A stretch of DNA of 64,000 bases. Origin: Haliotis cracherodii (taxonomy: Eukaryota). The stretch is from contig NW_027266264.1 in the NCBI RefSeq assembly GCF_022045235.1, positions 15,004,001 to 15,068,000 on the forward strand, read 5' to 3'. Both the position numbers and the translations under genes were made by a program. The first letter of the stretch is position 1. Every line of letters begins with the position of its first letter. Shown here in pieces: positions 49,833 through 62,348 of the stretch. The notes beneath the pieces are model-generated. The model was not told the DNA's origin. It searched no databases and saw nothing but the letters and a program-made list of their open reading frames with translations.

Positions 49833-50342
49833 AATTAGTTAAGCTAACTTGAAATAATGCCGAACAACATGTCTACTTAACTATTTTCCTTTGACATCGA
49901 CAGAGACATCAATGAATTACCTGTAGAAAGTGGGGAAATTTGTCAAAAGGGTTTATTAACTAATATTTCCCTTCAATTGATGGCTGATTGACATGTGTAT
50001 TTCACATTCCAAAGTTTTAAAGACTTGCCTCAATAGAATCATACGATGAATAAAGTGACCATGCATTACTAAACATTTTCAAGTTTACAATTTTCTGAAA
50101 AACATAACAGTTAGACAATTTTCATTTTAAGAGTTGAAGACAACGCCTGATTGATATAGGGTAGGGGAATACAGGTTTGTAAGGAAATATTTACATCATG
50201 ACATTGAAGTACAATGTAGCTATAGGTTTGAAAACAAGAAATATACTTGATGTAATCGTATTATTTGTGTAAAAACTATGTGATTATTTATATTCAACAT
50301 ATATCTAACTGCACTTAGGTCTCGTTTCGTGACAGTATTGTA

Positions 50343-51873
50343 AACTGACGTCCAAAAGAAACTTTACCAACTGAAAATATTAATTTCAGACAAAGTATAA
50401 TTTTTTTTTCGATGAAGTCTATCTAAAACACATAACCTAAATACAACAATAGTGTATGCAGAAATGTTAATCTTAATGTTAATCTTCTGTTACATGTTTG
50501 CGAGATAACACGCGAAAAAGTGAAAAAAACACGTGCACCACGGACAACTGCAAATGTAGGTGCGGGTAAGGGTATAAAACGATTGCAACGGCAAGTCAGA
50601 CATCCACAGTGATAAAAAAACACAAAAGAAATGCCACGAGTAACAGTCGAACAACGTGAACGAGCCTTGGGTATGGTACAGATGGGAGCCACCCATGCCC
50701 ATATTGCACGAACCTTCGGTTGCTCCCGTGTTGCCGTTACCAACTTGATGCAACGTTGCAGACAGACGGGCGGACCACTGACAGGCCAAGAACAGGCAGA
50801 CCCAGGGCGACCACGCCCCATGATGACCGGTACTTGCGTACCTTGCACCTCCGAAATCGCTTCCTGACAGTGACGTCATCGGCGACAAATGACTTAGGTC
50901 ACAGGGTTAGTCGACACAGTGGCCAGGAGACTCAGGGCTCATGGAATCAGGGATTTTAGACCATACAGAGGACAGCTATTGACAGCGCAACATTGTCGTC
51001 TGCGATGGAGATGGGCCCGGACTGTACGACGTTGGCAACGACGTGACTGGCAGATGATTGTCTTCACTGACGAAAGTCGATTCTGTATGTTTAGAGCTGA
51101 TGGAAGACAACGTGTTTACCGCCGAACGGGTGAACGAACGGCGGCATGTTGCGTGCAAGAGGTCGTACTATATGGTGGAGGGAGTGTCATGGTGTGAGGA
51201 GGGATCTGTGGGCAGGAGAGGACACCGCTGGTCATCGTTGACGGAAACTTGACAGCTCAGCGGTACATGGATAACATTCTTCGTCCAGTTGTCCTACCAT
51301 TTCTCCAACAGCAGCCACGTGGTGTCATTTATCAGCATGACAACGCTAGAGCCCATACAGCCAGAATTGTCACTAACTTCCTCGCAGCCAACAACGTCAA
51401 CGTCCTGCCGTGGCCTGCACGCTCACCCGACATGTCCCCAATAGAATACCTCTGGGATTTGATGGATTGTCGTATTCGACAACGACCACACTCTCCAGCC
51501 AACCGACAATAACAGATCTTGTCCCTCCAAGACAAATGGCGTCAAATCCCACGTGACCTCATCAGATGTCTGACTTTTTCTGTGCGTCGAAGAGTTTTGC
51601 GTGTATTGAGGCATTTGGTGGTGACACACGCTACTAATGACTTGTTATTGAACGTGAGCGATTGTTTATGTACTCTGCCTATTGTCCATGATTCTGAAAG
51701 CTCGAGTTTTGTACTACACCCAACTTTGGAGGGGCTTTGACGTTATTTTCAGTGTTGATTATGTAGATATATTGATCTTCTCAATACACTTTACTTCATG
51801 CATGTATGGGTTTTTTTTGTTTTTGAGCAAGAGTGATTTCAAACTCTGGTAAAGTTTCTTATGGACGTCATTT
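50343..51873 (+). mobile_element. Tc1/mariner (DD34E) transposon, frameshifted transposase (50631-~51635)
   Basis: TIRs AACTGACGTCCAAAAGAAACTTTACCA and inverse at 51847-51873 with TA TSD. Motifs MPRVTVEQRERALGM, IVFTDESRF, YQHDNARAH and WPARSPDMSPIEYLW. Absent from duplication copy 1. Confidence 0.93.
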
Positions 51874-52539
51874 TATATTAAATGATTGGTTAAATATGCT
51901 TCAGAACTATTTGAAAAGTATGGATGAAATTACATATTATAGTCCTCTCCATTTTACATAGAACACGAAATAACGCGATTATTGAACAAGTCATTCCGGC
52001 TCTAAGGAAGACTTACTTACAGTAATGACAAATCTTGCACAGTGCGTGTTCAAGTAATATCCATTTTGCTGGTAATAAACATCATCATACAATTTGGATC
52101 TCGTGGGTACAATCCGAGTACGGTCAAAAGCGCTTTTAATACTATATGTGCATGTTTTTCCTATAATTCGTGCTAGTACGTACAACGCGTATGTGTGTGT
52201 GTGCGTGCGTATTTTTGCCTTTTCTTAGGTTGTATTTGCGTAAGATGTAAATTATGTAGTAAACGTGTTTTCACATTTCAGAAATGCTAATGCACCTTCT
52301 CAATATTTTAAACTACCTAATTTATAGCCCACGAAGTACAGAGTCCATCCCAGTTTAGAGGATGTTGGGGTGACTGGATAGGGATGTTTCAGAAGACTGT
52401 GTTGCATTATCTTTCTTCGTTTTTAAATTAATTGTTCACACCATTCCAAAACAATCGATATTGGTACCAAATTCAGGTGTATTTAAAATAGCTTTCCCAA
52501 TTAATATGGTATTTGTACATTTCTTTAATTTCAGCCGAG

Positions 52540-55062
52540 ATGAGCAGAACGGTAAACCGTTTCCTCTTCCTTGCAGTACTGGTTTCGAGTGCCTGTGCAA
52601 CACGAATCGTTACTCTGCCTAAAGGAGTATTATTTCGGACTGGGACAACTGGAAATGGTAAAATGATGGCATTACCCACCGTAGGACCAATACATCAAGA
52701 CCACCTAGCTCCAATTCAAAGAGCTGGAGACGCTGTTCCTTTTACTCCGACTGGATCAATGATGGTATCACCAAGCAGAGAATCACATGTGGTAAGGACA
52801 GGAGGTACAGGGGCAGTTTCTTCTATCCCCTCCCAGTCTCCTTTACCAACATATTCTACTGGCGCCATTCAACCAATGACTGCAGTACCTACCACAATGA
52901 GTTTCTCTCAGTTATTTGCCTCTCAACATACTGCCACCATACCGTCTTTCTTTCATCCAGCTGCAAGTGGTTCATTTCAACCAAGACTATTTCAGCCTCC
53001 TGTAACAGGTCCGTATAAACCACCTGTCTTCCCACCACCTGTAACCGTTTCGTTTCATCCAACATTCTTTCAACCATCAGTACCTGGTTCGATTCAACCA
53101 GCGGCCTTCAAACAACCTGCGTCCGGTTCTTTTCAACCAGATTTTTTTCCATCTGTATTTGGTTCCTTTCACCCAACCATCTACCAACCAGCAGTACCTG
53201 GCGCATTGCAACTAGCTACTCAACCAACCGGGACTGGCTTGTTTCAACCATTTACTGAACCAAATACAACCCCAAACATGTTCCAGCCTGTGGCTCCGGC
53301 ACTAACCTTCAGTGGATCGTTACCTCAAACCAGTATGTGGCCCTGGAATCCTGCAACAAATCTACCTCTATCAACTGTCACTGGAATCGAGTTTCCGAAA
53401 CAAACGCTTCTGACGAGCCTTAATCCACGCACTGGACGACTAGATATGACCCAACAACTCAGCCTATTCCCCCAACCGATCAAGATGGATCAGTTTCAAC
53501 TGCAACATCCATATGTCCTGCTGCAACCAATGAACTCAGTACAAAATATTCAGACCAAGCTAACAAATCCTACCAAACAGCTAATCCCACCTGAACCTAG
53601 TTTTCCCCTAACCACAGCTGATCCATTTAAACCGAAAATCCCATCTGATCCAACATTGACAGTAGTCAATGCAACAGCAATTACCCCTTCTAACCCTGTA
53701 CATACTTCTTTAACTAACCCATTTCAACCTGACACTGTATTAATCAATTCGTTGCAAACACAGACCCAACTTGGTCAAGTGCAACCAATTAACCCAAACG
53801 ACAAAGGTCATACAAGACTAACATCTGACCCCAGGCCGACAATGAACACACCAAATCCTAGTAAACCGCAGGCCCCACTTGACCGTGTAATGCCCTCCCC
53901 CACAGAAAGTCAGTTTCAGCCAGCAAACCCGCCTTACCAAGGCTTGACGACGGTCAAAGAAGGCCAATTGCAATCCCAAACTACAAATGGCCAAACAGGA
54001 ACTGTTCAACCAAAAACTACACTTGACGGTAATGTGCAAATGACACCATTCGACCCAGTGTACGCACAAACCAAATCAGATTCTGTGCCACCAATAAGTC
54101 AGGATCATATCTCATCTGATCCATTATTGTCACACAACGCTATAGACCTTAGTCATCCGCCAAGCCCATCTCTCAAGGGGAAACCTATAATGCAAGAAAA
54201 CAAAATTCCGTTGCCAGGTTTATCTGACTATAAGCAAAGTATGACTACCGTGGACAGTTTGATACATCAGACCACGTTAAATCAAATTGAGCCGTTACAA
54301 CCTCAATTCCATTCTGACCCATTATTACATCTAACTAAGGCATCCCCAAGTCAACTACAAGAGGCATCAGGGCGTCTGCAGCCTAGTTCTTCAAAAGAAG
54401 GTCAGTCGCAAATCATTTCTGATTCCAGACAGATGTTGACTACAAATCAGCTTCAACCACAAAACCCTTTTGATAGTTTGTCTGGCATGTCCATAGCGGA
54501 CCCAAGTCTACCCCAAAGTCCATCTGATTCAATCATGTCCATACCCCCATTAAATCAACTTCAACGGCTAGACCCATCTGACCCCTGGTTGACTATCACA
54601 TATGAAGCACAAAATCCAGCAAAACGCAAGCAACAGCTCAATTATTTGTACCCTACGCTCCCTGTGACCAATTTAGAACCACTAAAACCTATTAACACAT
54701 CTGACCCTGGGCCACTAGCAACCCTGGCAGGACCACACCAGCCATCAAACATGTCTGACACGTCTTCATCTATGAACTCAATCAACCAAGCTCTTGCGCA
54801 AAACGCATCTGAACCTGGATCAAATATGACTACATTTAACACACAAGATCGCCTTTCACCTGTGCCAGACTTGACTATAACATATCCGAGCCAAGTACAA
54901 AACCCGTCAGCACCTACGAACTCGAACAATCCACAAATCCCCGGTGACTGGTTAACTGCACTTAATAGACATACACATAACCAAACACCACAATCTTGGA
55001 CCAATCAAATACCAACTACACACTCTAACGCTCCACAAGGAATCCAGAGCGGCCCTGTATAG
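52540..55062 (+). CDS. Secreted Pro/Thr/Ser/Gln-rich (mucin-like/RLCD) protein Y, 840 aa, single coding exon
   Basis: Acceptor TTTCAG at 52534, ATG at 52540, signal peptide MSRTVNRFLFLAVLVSSACA. 2.5-kb stop-free frame with ~13-aa FQP/GSFQP repeats and many SDP motifs. 3'-UTR intron 55072-55380, AATAAA at 55478 and 55491. Confidence 0.9.
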   Translation: MSRTVNRFLFLAVLVSSACATRIVTLPKGVLFRTGTTGNGKMMALPTVGPIHQDHLAPIQRAGDAVPFTPTGSMMVSPSRESHVVRTGGTGAVSSIPSQSPLPTYSTGAIQPMTAVPTTMSFSQLFASQHTATIPSFFHPAASGSFQPRLFQPPVTGPYKPPVFPPPVTVSFHPTFFQPSVPGSIQPAAFKQPASGSFQPDFFPSVFGSFHPTIYQPAVPGALQLATQPTGTGLFQPFTEPNTTPNMFQPVAPALTFSGSLPQTSMWPWNPATNLPLSTVTGIEFPKQTLLTSLNPRTGRLDMTQQLSLFPQPIKMDQFQLQHPYVLLQPMNSVQNIQTKLTNPTKQLIPPEPSFPLTTADPFKPKIPSDPTLTVVNATAITPSNPVHTSLTNPFQPDTVLINSLQTQTQLGQVQPINPNDKGHTRLTSDPRPTMNTPNPSKPQAPLDRVMPSPTESQFQPANPPYQGLTTVKEGQLQSQTTNGQTGTVQPKTTLDGNVQMTPFDPVYAQTKSDSVPPISQDHISSDPLLSHNAIDLSHPPSPSLKGKPIMQENKIPLPGLSDYKQSMTTVDSLIHQTTLNQIEPLQPQFHSDPLLHLTKASPSQLQEASGRLQPSSSKEGQSQIISDSRQMLTTNQLQPQNPFDSLSGMSIADPSLPQSPSDSIMSIPPLNQLQRLDPSDPWLTITYEAQNPAKRKQQLNYLYPTLPVTNLEPLKPINTSDPGPLATLAGPHQPSNMSDTSSSMNSINQALAQNASEPGSNMTTFNTQDRLSPVPDLTITYPSQVQNPSAPTNSNNPQIPGDWLTALNRHTHNQTPQSWTNQIPTTHSNAPQGIQSGPV

Positions 55063-57099
55063 TCAAACACTGTAAGTTTCAGTTGTCTCACCATCTTAAA
55101 AATATATCAGATCAAAACTTGAAAACAAGAATAATTCGACCCATAAAAGGGTATCTTTACATAACCAATCCCAGGAACTGGACGTACTGGATGTTTAAAA
55201 AATAATGTGTTTTGGGTCAGAAAGAAATTGTTTGACCCTTGGTATGCCTCGGTGCGCTGACTAAACAAATATACTGTCTCAAACAAAGAAACAAACAAAC
55301 AAACAAACAAAATCCAAGCCAGAATATGAAATGTCTTGTTCCTTATTCACTGTTCTTAAATTTTATTTCTTTCTCTGCAGATTACATTGATGTGAAACAA
55401 GCGGAAGAACCTTTGCATAATCCCACCACCGTTCATTGTTCAATAGTGTATTGTGTATTATCGTCAATCTGGGCAGTAATAAATACGTGTAATAAATGTG
55501 TAGTGTATTGGCATATCCCTATTTGTAACACAAATCTAATTTTCACTGAAATAAAAATTGTTTTTCTTAATACATTATATTTGTATTATTTGTTTATTTT
55601 TTCTACAAACACTATCTTTGAGTGGCATTGAGAAGCTACACTGGTATCAAATTGAATGATGAAAGGGTCGATTTTAGATGTCCATTGTTTTCTTCTCGGG
55701 TCTGTAGGCTTCTGCTGTCTGTGTCAGGTCATACATTTCATAAGATAAACAAGACTCAAAATCTGTCATATCATACCACATAGAGCAACAGCAATGTTAC
55801 AAGTTCCAGTGGACCAGTCCCACCATCTTCATCTTAAACCTCACACTGCAAGTAGACTAACACAACCTGTTCACATCAAATGAGCAATGACATCCATCAA
55901 CGAGACCAGGTACTTCACCCACCGGCTTACGATCAGTGGAGACAATAGTTCAACGCATCGGTGACATAAATTATGGCTTACACAATTTCTTATTTTGGCT
56001 TGTACCATATGTTCCCGTTTCTTGTTTTTCAGACGAACAATTGACTTGCCTTTGCGTGTGTTTGGACGGGTGCCACTGGTAGGGCAGATAAGCTTACTGG
56101 TATCAGCACGTTTCGATAGTGATTCATGAACAAATTTGTATGATACAGACGGAATCCTACAATGGACTTTGTTTAATCTTTTGATCGTAGAAGGTCTTCT
56201 GTCGCTTTTATTTAAAGCCTATTTCCGGGTCCTAACAATGTCCACGCGGGCCCCGTCCATTCGGTTGATTGAGCAGACTGATTGCCCTGATTTTCAGAAT
56301 AATCTTTGATTCTCTGTCAAACTTCGTTGTCGATCATCAGCTTGCGGCGTCTCGCTTGGGATCGTTTTACTTTTATTTATGATGATTATCCGAATGCCGT
56401 TGGCCACACCACTGACTGATTCTATACCAACGGTTGATGTATTATGGCTCGTTATCAAGGGTTCAATCACATCGTGATAGTGAATGGTTATTTACAGAAA
56501 TCACGAATGTAGTACTTGTTTGGTTTGTTGAAATTAATCGTTTGGTTGTTGAGTATAAATTGAAAGTATTAATTGCCCTGACGGACATGACACTTAACAG
56601 TTCGGTATTGTAGCAGATAACAGAGCAAAATACAATTGATATCTATATCTTATTTTTATATATCAAATATGAAGGGGATAGGAATAATTATGCAGTTAAT
56701 TTGAATCTGTTCGGGTTCTAAGTTCTGTTCATTTAGAACGCAGTAACAGAGTACTGATACATGGAACATGCACCTTTCATTTATATTATCAACTTAAAAT
56801 ATATAAACAATTGAAAAGGGATTTTATATGATAGAATCTTTTCCATTTTCAACAAGGAAGCCGTGACGAGTTACTCTTGTCAGAGGGGTACACAAAGTAC
56901 CTGACTCTAGACTACAAGTCGGACTTTTTGTTGATCGATGCTCATGATGTCAATCACTGGATTATCTGGTTCATACTCGATTATTTACAGACTGCCGTCA
57001 TATAGCTGGAATATTGCTGAGTGATGCGTTAAACAACAAACAAACAATCAGAATTCATTGAACGATTCCGATTATTTCCCCGTTGTTTATGATCATGAA

Positions 57100-57560
57100 T
57101 CAATATCAAAAAGTTATTAAACCATGTGTTTACGAAAAGGTGAGCTGCCCTAACAGTAGCACTCGTCACACACACACTAAAAGATAGGTCAATTGTACAT
57201 CTGAATAAAACACGGGGACATAGCGTCGTATTCATCGGACATCATTTTAGTCACTGATGCATCAAATTGAAAACGTCCTCCACGTGTCTACCATAACACT
57301 TGTTAATAGCTTTTTTATTATATTACTGAGACTTTGAAACCCTAATCAAACATCTTTTGAGCAAGAGTGGTACCACCCTCTTGAAATTCTAGTAAAAAGA
57401 ACATGCTCGAGTTTACCTTAAAAAGTTGTGAAATGCAGATACCAAAGGCTGTAGCTGCTGGTATATTACAGCAAGGGAAAGTTGACTCTTGGGAAGCCAG
57501 GGTCATCCCTCTTGTCACACAAACATGTAGATAGTTTGTTGTCACTCTATGCACAGATCT
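57100..57560 (-). mobile_element. Penelope-like retroelement relic (related fragments near 35880-36300 and 44980-45450)
   Basis: Minus-strand STFPCCNIPAATAFGICISQL resembles the FP..SNIP..PAYG.YISQL motif at the end of Penelope-like RTs; highly decayed. Confidence 0.5.
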
Positions 57561-58639
57561 TCATAAGAAATAGAGGGGGCGGTCTCATTTTTCTCTTGTA
57601 CTTCTAGTTCACGTTGGTAAATCAGTGCATGGGAATGAGCTATATGACCATTGACGACACCAATATATCCTTATTCTTATCTGAAAGGTCCTATCCCCAA
57701 ATTTAACTTAGATGTTATCTATGATTTGGTTGGTTGGTTTGTTGTTTTACGCCGCACTCAGCAATTTTCCAGCTATATGACGGCGGTCGCCTTTTAAAGC
57801 AAGCATGGTTTGCTGAAGACCTATTCTTCCCCGGATCTTTACGGCGAATTCAAGTTTGAAAAAACTGTTTTAGTGTGAAAAAACTATTTTAGGGTCTCAA
57901 TGAAATGGTTTGTATATAACTGAACAGGTTTAGTGTTTATTTCTGTTTTCTCATTGTGAGGTAAGGCGTGAATGCATCTCATAATACAACGCATCAGTAT
58001 CAAAGTACAAGCAAATTAGGAAAGAAGCAGGATACATTTGGCCAAAAGCAAAAAATAATTCCCCTACTTTTGATGTAGTATCATGCCTTGAGGGTCAAAT
58101 ACCAGGACCCTATTTACTGTATGTATCTATTGTAATGTAGAAATGACAGATATATTGAACACTTTGTCTTAAAGTAGGCAATCGTTTATTGCCATATAGT
58201 GAAAAGTTTTTGCTTACTATGTCGTTTCCTGATGTGACATTACCTTTTCAATCATGCCTTGGGCTACAAAGTGCTCACACAATAACGCAAGTTTATGATA
58301 AATTCAACGTATTTAATCATCATGAATCATGTTAGCACATAACAACTGTCACACACACACATTTTTCCAAAGGGAAGACTGACGTAAGGTAAGGTTTACT
58401 GCTGAGTGTACTTTATTAAGTATTCTTTACGTTGTTATTTAGAACAGTACTGGAGAAACCTTTCTCAGGTGATTCTCCTACTCTTTTGAACTCACTAGCT
58501 CTCTTCATCATATCTTCAAATAGCTCTGACACCTTCCGTTCTTCTTTAGAGATTAACCTCTTCGGAGAAGCATATTTGCAATAGACTCCTCACAGCGCCG
58601 CTGTGCAGCTTTTTAAGGTGAAAGTCAAGCGCTAGATAA

Positions 58640-59505
58640 ATTATGTATTTATATACTGTATACAGATTAAAATATCAAATGCAGCAACGAGGGTTTGGGT
58701 GATCCTGGCACAGTCAGGCTGGTTAGGCTCATCATCAGCTCAGGGCCCTTGTCCCCTCTACTCGCAGCCCAGACAGCGAATTGAACTTCTCACAGGAAGT
58801 GCTGCCTTGTCGAACCCACTCATAACTTTCCGGAGAATGTGTGAAGACACACAAACATTACCCAGGTTGTCAGAAGGGCTGAATTCCTGGAACTAAAATC
58901 GGGTATCCTCCCAATGTCAGTCATCAGCTCGTACCAAACCTAAGGAACCGAGAACAATGGGGAGTCGGACAACTTGGTACTTGGGATCAAGCGTGACATT
59001 TCGAAAGTGAGGTCCGCATATTTGCCATGTTTATCCTGAATCTTGTCAATAACAATCAATGTCAAAAGGACAGACAATTCAATGATATAAATGATTTCAT
59101 TGGATTGATAAAAAAGGACAAGATCAGGTTTGTTGGCCTGTATGATCTGAGGCTGCATACGGCCTATTCCAAAGAAAGTTATATTTTTCATTTTCCATGA
59201 CGCCCTCCACATATTCTTGGTCGTACCATGGATGGACCTCTGTGTCAAAACCACAAGCATAGCGAAGACGGTAAGAAAAGGATCGAGCCACTCCACGCTT
59301 AAGATAATGTGTTTGTGCCAAAGCTGGGCATCCACTGACAATGTGTTAGGCAGTCTCATTCAATTCATTGCTTAATCTACATTTCATATTTACATTCTGA
59401 TGTAAAATCACACACTGACAGTTTCGAGCGGGAAGTGACCGGTCCTGAGCAGCAAACAGAAAGCCTTCTGTTTCACTTTTCAGCCCAGCCGAATTCATCC
59501 ATTTT
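58640..59505 (-). mobile_element. R4/Dong-like non-LTR retrotransposon 3' fragment (second copy, inverted relative to 47760)
   Basis: AQTHYLKRGVARSFSYRLR and QANKPDLVLF...KYADLTFEMSRL; reverse-complement match to 47870-48460 plus the 3' module. Confidence 0.85.
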
Positions 59506-60299
59506 CATCTATATTTCAACATAATCCCCTCCGAGATCAACACGCTTTTGCCAACGATGTCAAAGTGGATCCCATTGGTGTAAAAAGAAGGCTTCCAGCC
59601 CAGCCTCCGAAACTCCTGACTATTCACTTCACTATGTATTCTGGGTAAAGTTTTGAAACGTACCGCATTCACATGACATCGCAGGCAGACTTGGTTGAAA
59701 TCGAGTAGCAAATGAAAAGCAATCCCTACGCATAGATACGTAAAAGTGGGCAATAACATTTGGGCACTGGACCTTCTGTTATGTAAGTAAATGATAAGTA
59801 GAATCAGGAAATCTGCATATGTGGACAGGAACATTCATAGCTGTCGTTTGATCAGAAATTATTCATATGTATTTTTGTAAAGTAATACTAAAACTAACAA
59901 CGATATTATACCATTAAAATTATTGGATTATTTTTTTAATCAACTTCAATTTTAGATATCTCCAAGATGAAAACTTGTCAAATTTCGCTTTGTCACAATC
60001 CCTATGTTTGGATTCAAGGACTTTTTTCTCTTGTTATAAAGCGCAAAAAATAAGTAGTATATAATTAAAACAAGGGCACTTACAGTCCGTTTGGCTCAAA
60101 ATGAGAACGATGAATTTCAAACTAATTAAAAATCGGGAATAGTCTATTAAATGTCTACGTACATGGCAATGAATACCCTGTACCCAACAATATCTGCTTC
60201 TTGTTATTCTTATTGTTTCAGAAACTATCATGTTGTTATGTGTACAAGTTGAACGGAGGGGGACACATTAGTGGGAGGAACAGCACAAACACACACGTG

Positions 60300-62090
60300 C
60301 TAAACAACGGTACAGGGAGTGACAGCATTAAAGGGATCGGTTCTTGATAATTTTCATCGCGATCTGACTCGCTCATGTCACGGTCCTTGTCGGAATTGCT
60401 TGTGTCACTGCTAATTGTCACAACTATAGGTGGGACTGTTGCTTGCTGAAGTCCATCACGTGACCAGTATATTGACCACGACTTTGGTAAAACAACGGGT
60501 TATAGAGAAAACGTCCGCTGGTCAATTTGAGAGAACGACCGCCGCGTTAGAGAAAACTTCAGGCTTCAATTAAATTGCCTTGATCTTTATTTAGAAATAT
60601 TTTAATCCTTCATTAATTGAGATCTCATCTTGATCATCTCCTTTCATAAAACAACAAGTATTTATACATTGATTGGAAACCTTTTTGTAGTGAGTCTTGT
60701 CTATAATGATCCTGTTTTATTTAGTCTCTCAAAACAACATTGAAACAACATTAAAACAACATTAAAACAACATTAAAACAACATCAAAGCCCAGTGGACA
60801 AATCATTAAGTGTCATATCAATCACTTAATGTTACTTCATCATATTCCAGCAAAAATATACAAGAAATAAAGTTAGCGGGACAAGAGAATGTTTTCTCTA
60901 AATATATCGGACGTTTTCTCAAAGTACAAAGGACGTTTTCTCTTACGCGGCGGCCGTTCTCTCTAATTGACCAGCGGCCGTTTTCGCGGGAGGACGTTTT
61001 CTACAGTTCCCAACGCAACGTTGCCATGTCTGCCATGTTACCCGGCCAAAGGATTCATTTATTAGCTTTTCAACACCCCGCAATTTAAACGTTGTGTTCA
61101 ATCGTCCAACGTCACCTTTAGCAATACCCACAACTTTATTGGGTTCAGATCGCAGTGGAAATGGGGAAGTCGTAAGACGGCGTGACCTTGACCTTTGATG
61201 TGATTGTCAACCATATATACGGGCTCAGATTTGATGAATTCATAGAGTTGTTGTTTTGTAGCCTTGGAAGGAAAGGTCATATTAATCCGTTGCAGCCACG
61301 TCACCAAATCTCCTTTAAGGCTATTAGACATTGGGGCATTGCTGTCTGGATCCTGCATACTGTGATACGGTTCATTGTCCATGATACAAAGGGACTTGGC
61401 AGGAAAATCAGGAACCAATTTATTTTTCACCCACTCCAGAAACACCTTGCCGTTCATTTCTGTGTGGTAGTCCCTGTTGTCCTTGGCCTTGTCTCGAAAG
61501 ACGAGGTCACAACCTGGGAGAAAAGCCTGACTAGCACAGCCAGCATGGAGAACGATAAGTTTTTTACCTTTTGCCATTGGTAACTCTCCCCCAGACTAAT
61601 TACAGTCCTCACTGGGTACCAACCGACTGCTGGCTGTGTGAGAGGCACTGACCTACGTCTCATCTAGGAAAACGGGCTCATGTCATTCTTGACGTTTCTG
61701 CTTGATGGTTCGAAGATAGTGATTTCGGAGACGAAGGATGTCAGATCGTTCACATAACACAGCCCTATGTAAACATTTTATCTTTTGGTATCTACATCCA
61801 AATGTATGCAAAAGTCGCCATAGCTTGTATTTTGTAACAATTAAATCATGTTCAATTTCAAGGTATTTCTTGAAATCATACAGTCGACTCTGCTGTTATC
61901 ACCCCTACATTGTTTTGATATGTCCCCCACGTGCGTCGCCTGGTCCTGCCGTTTGTACATTGAAACAAACCACCTTAAAAATGGCATCTTGTCAGTCAAC
62001 AACAACGTAAAGTTAACAACAACGGACTGTACTTTGGGTATCGATATTATTGTATCATCGAATTTCATTCTTGAAAAGTGTGTCATAAAT
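60300..62090 (-). mobile_element. Decayed IS630-Tc1-mariner transposase with long D-to-E spacer (Sailor/DD82E-like), interrupted by a MITE
   Basis: KGKKLIVLHAG...DYHTEMN...IMDNEPYHS...VLRLPHFHCDLNPIKLW. 80 residues lie between the second D and the mutated E position; the acidic C-terminus resumes below 60480. Confidence 0.75.
60498..61008. mobile_element. Inverted-repeat element (MITE) inserted in the Sailor-like transposase
   Basis: CCGCTGGTCAATTTGAGAGAACGACCGCCGCGT.AGAGAAAAC (~60514-60557) is inverted at ~60934-60980. Confidence 0.65.
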
Positions 62091-62348
62091 GAATTGAATA
62101 CATTGAAATTTATAATACCACATTATCAGAGGATTTAGACACGATGAACAAAAGCTGATAACAGAAGATTATTGTCAGATCATGTTTCTGCCACGTTGTA
62201 ACTTAATTGTTCAGTGAGTTGAGAGTTTAAAGTCGCTTTCGTAAATAACCTATCACTGAAATCAATTTATCGATTTCAGAACTTTTATCAAGCTGAACCA
62301 GTCCTTTACCAAAAGCCTTTTTTTCCGTTTTAGGACAAACATTTCACA

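Larger units (their letters stand above)
39120..51895 (+). repeat. Tandem segmental duplication, copy 2
   Basis: Colinear with 19370-37720; differs by independent TE insertions and deletions. Confidence 0.9.
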
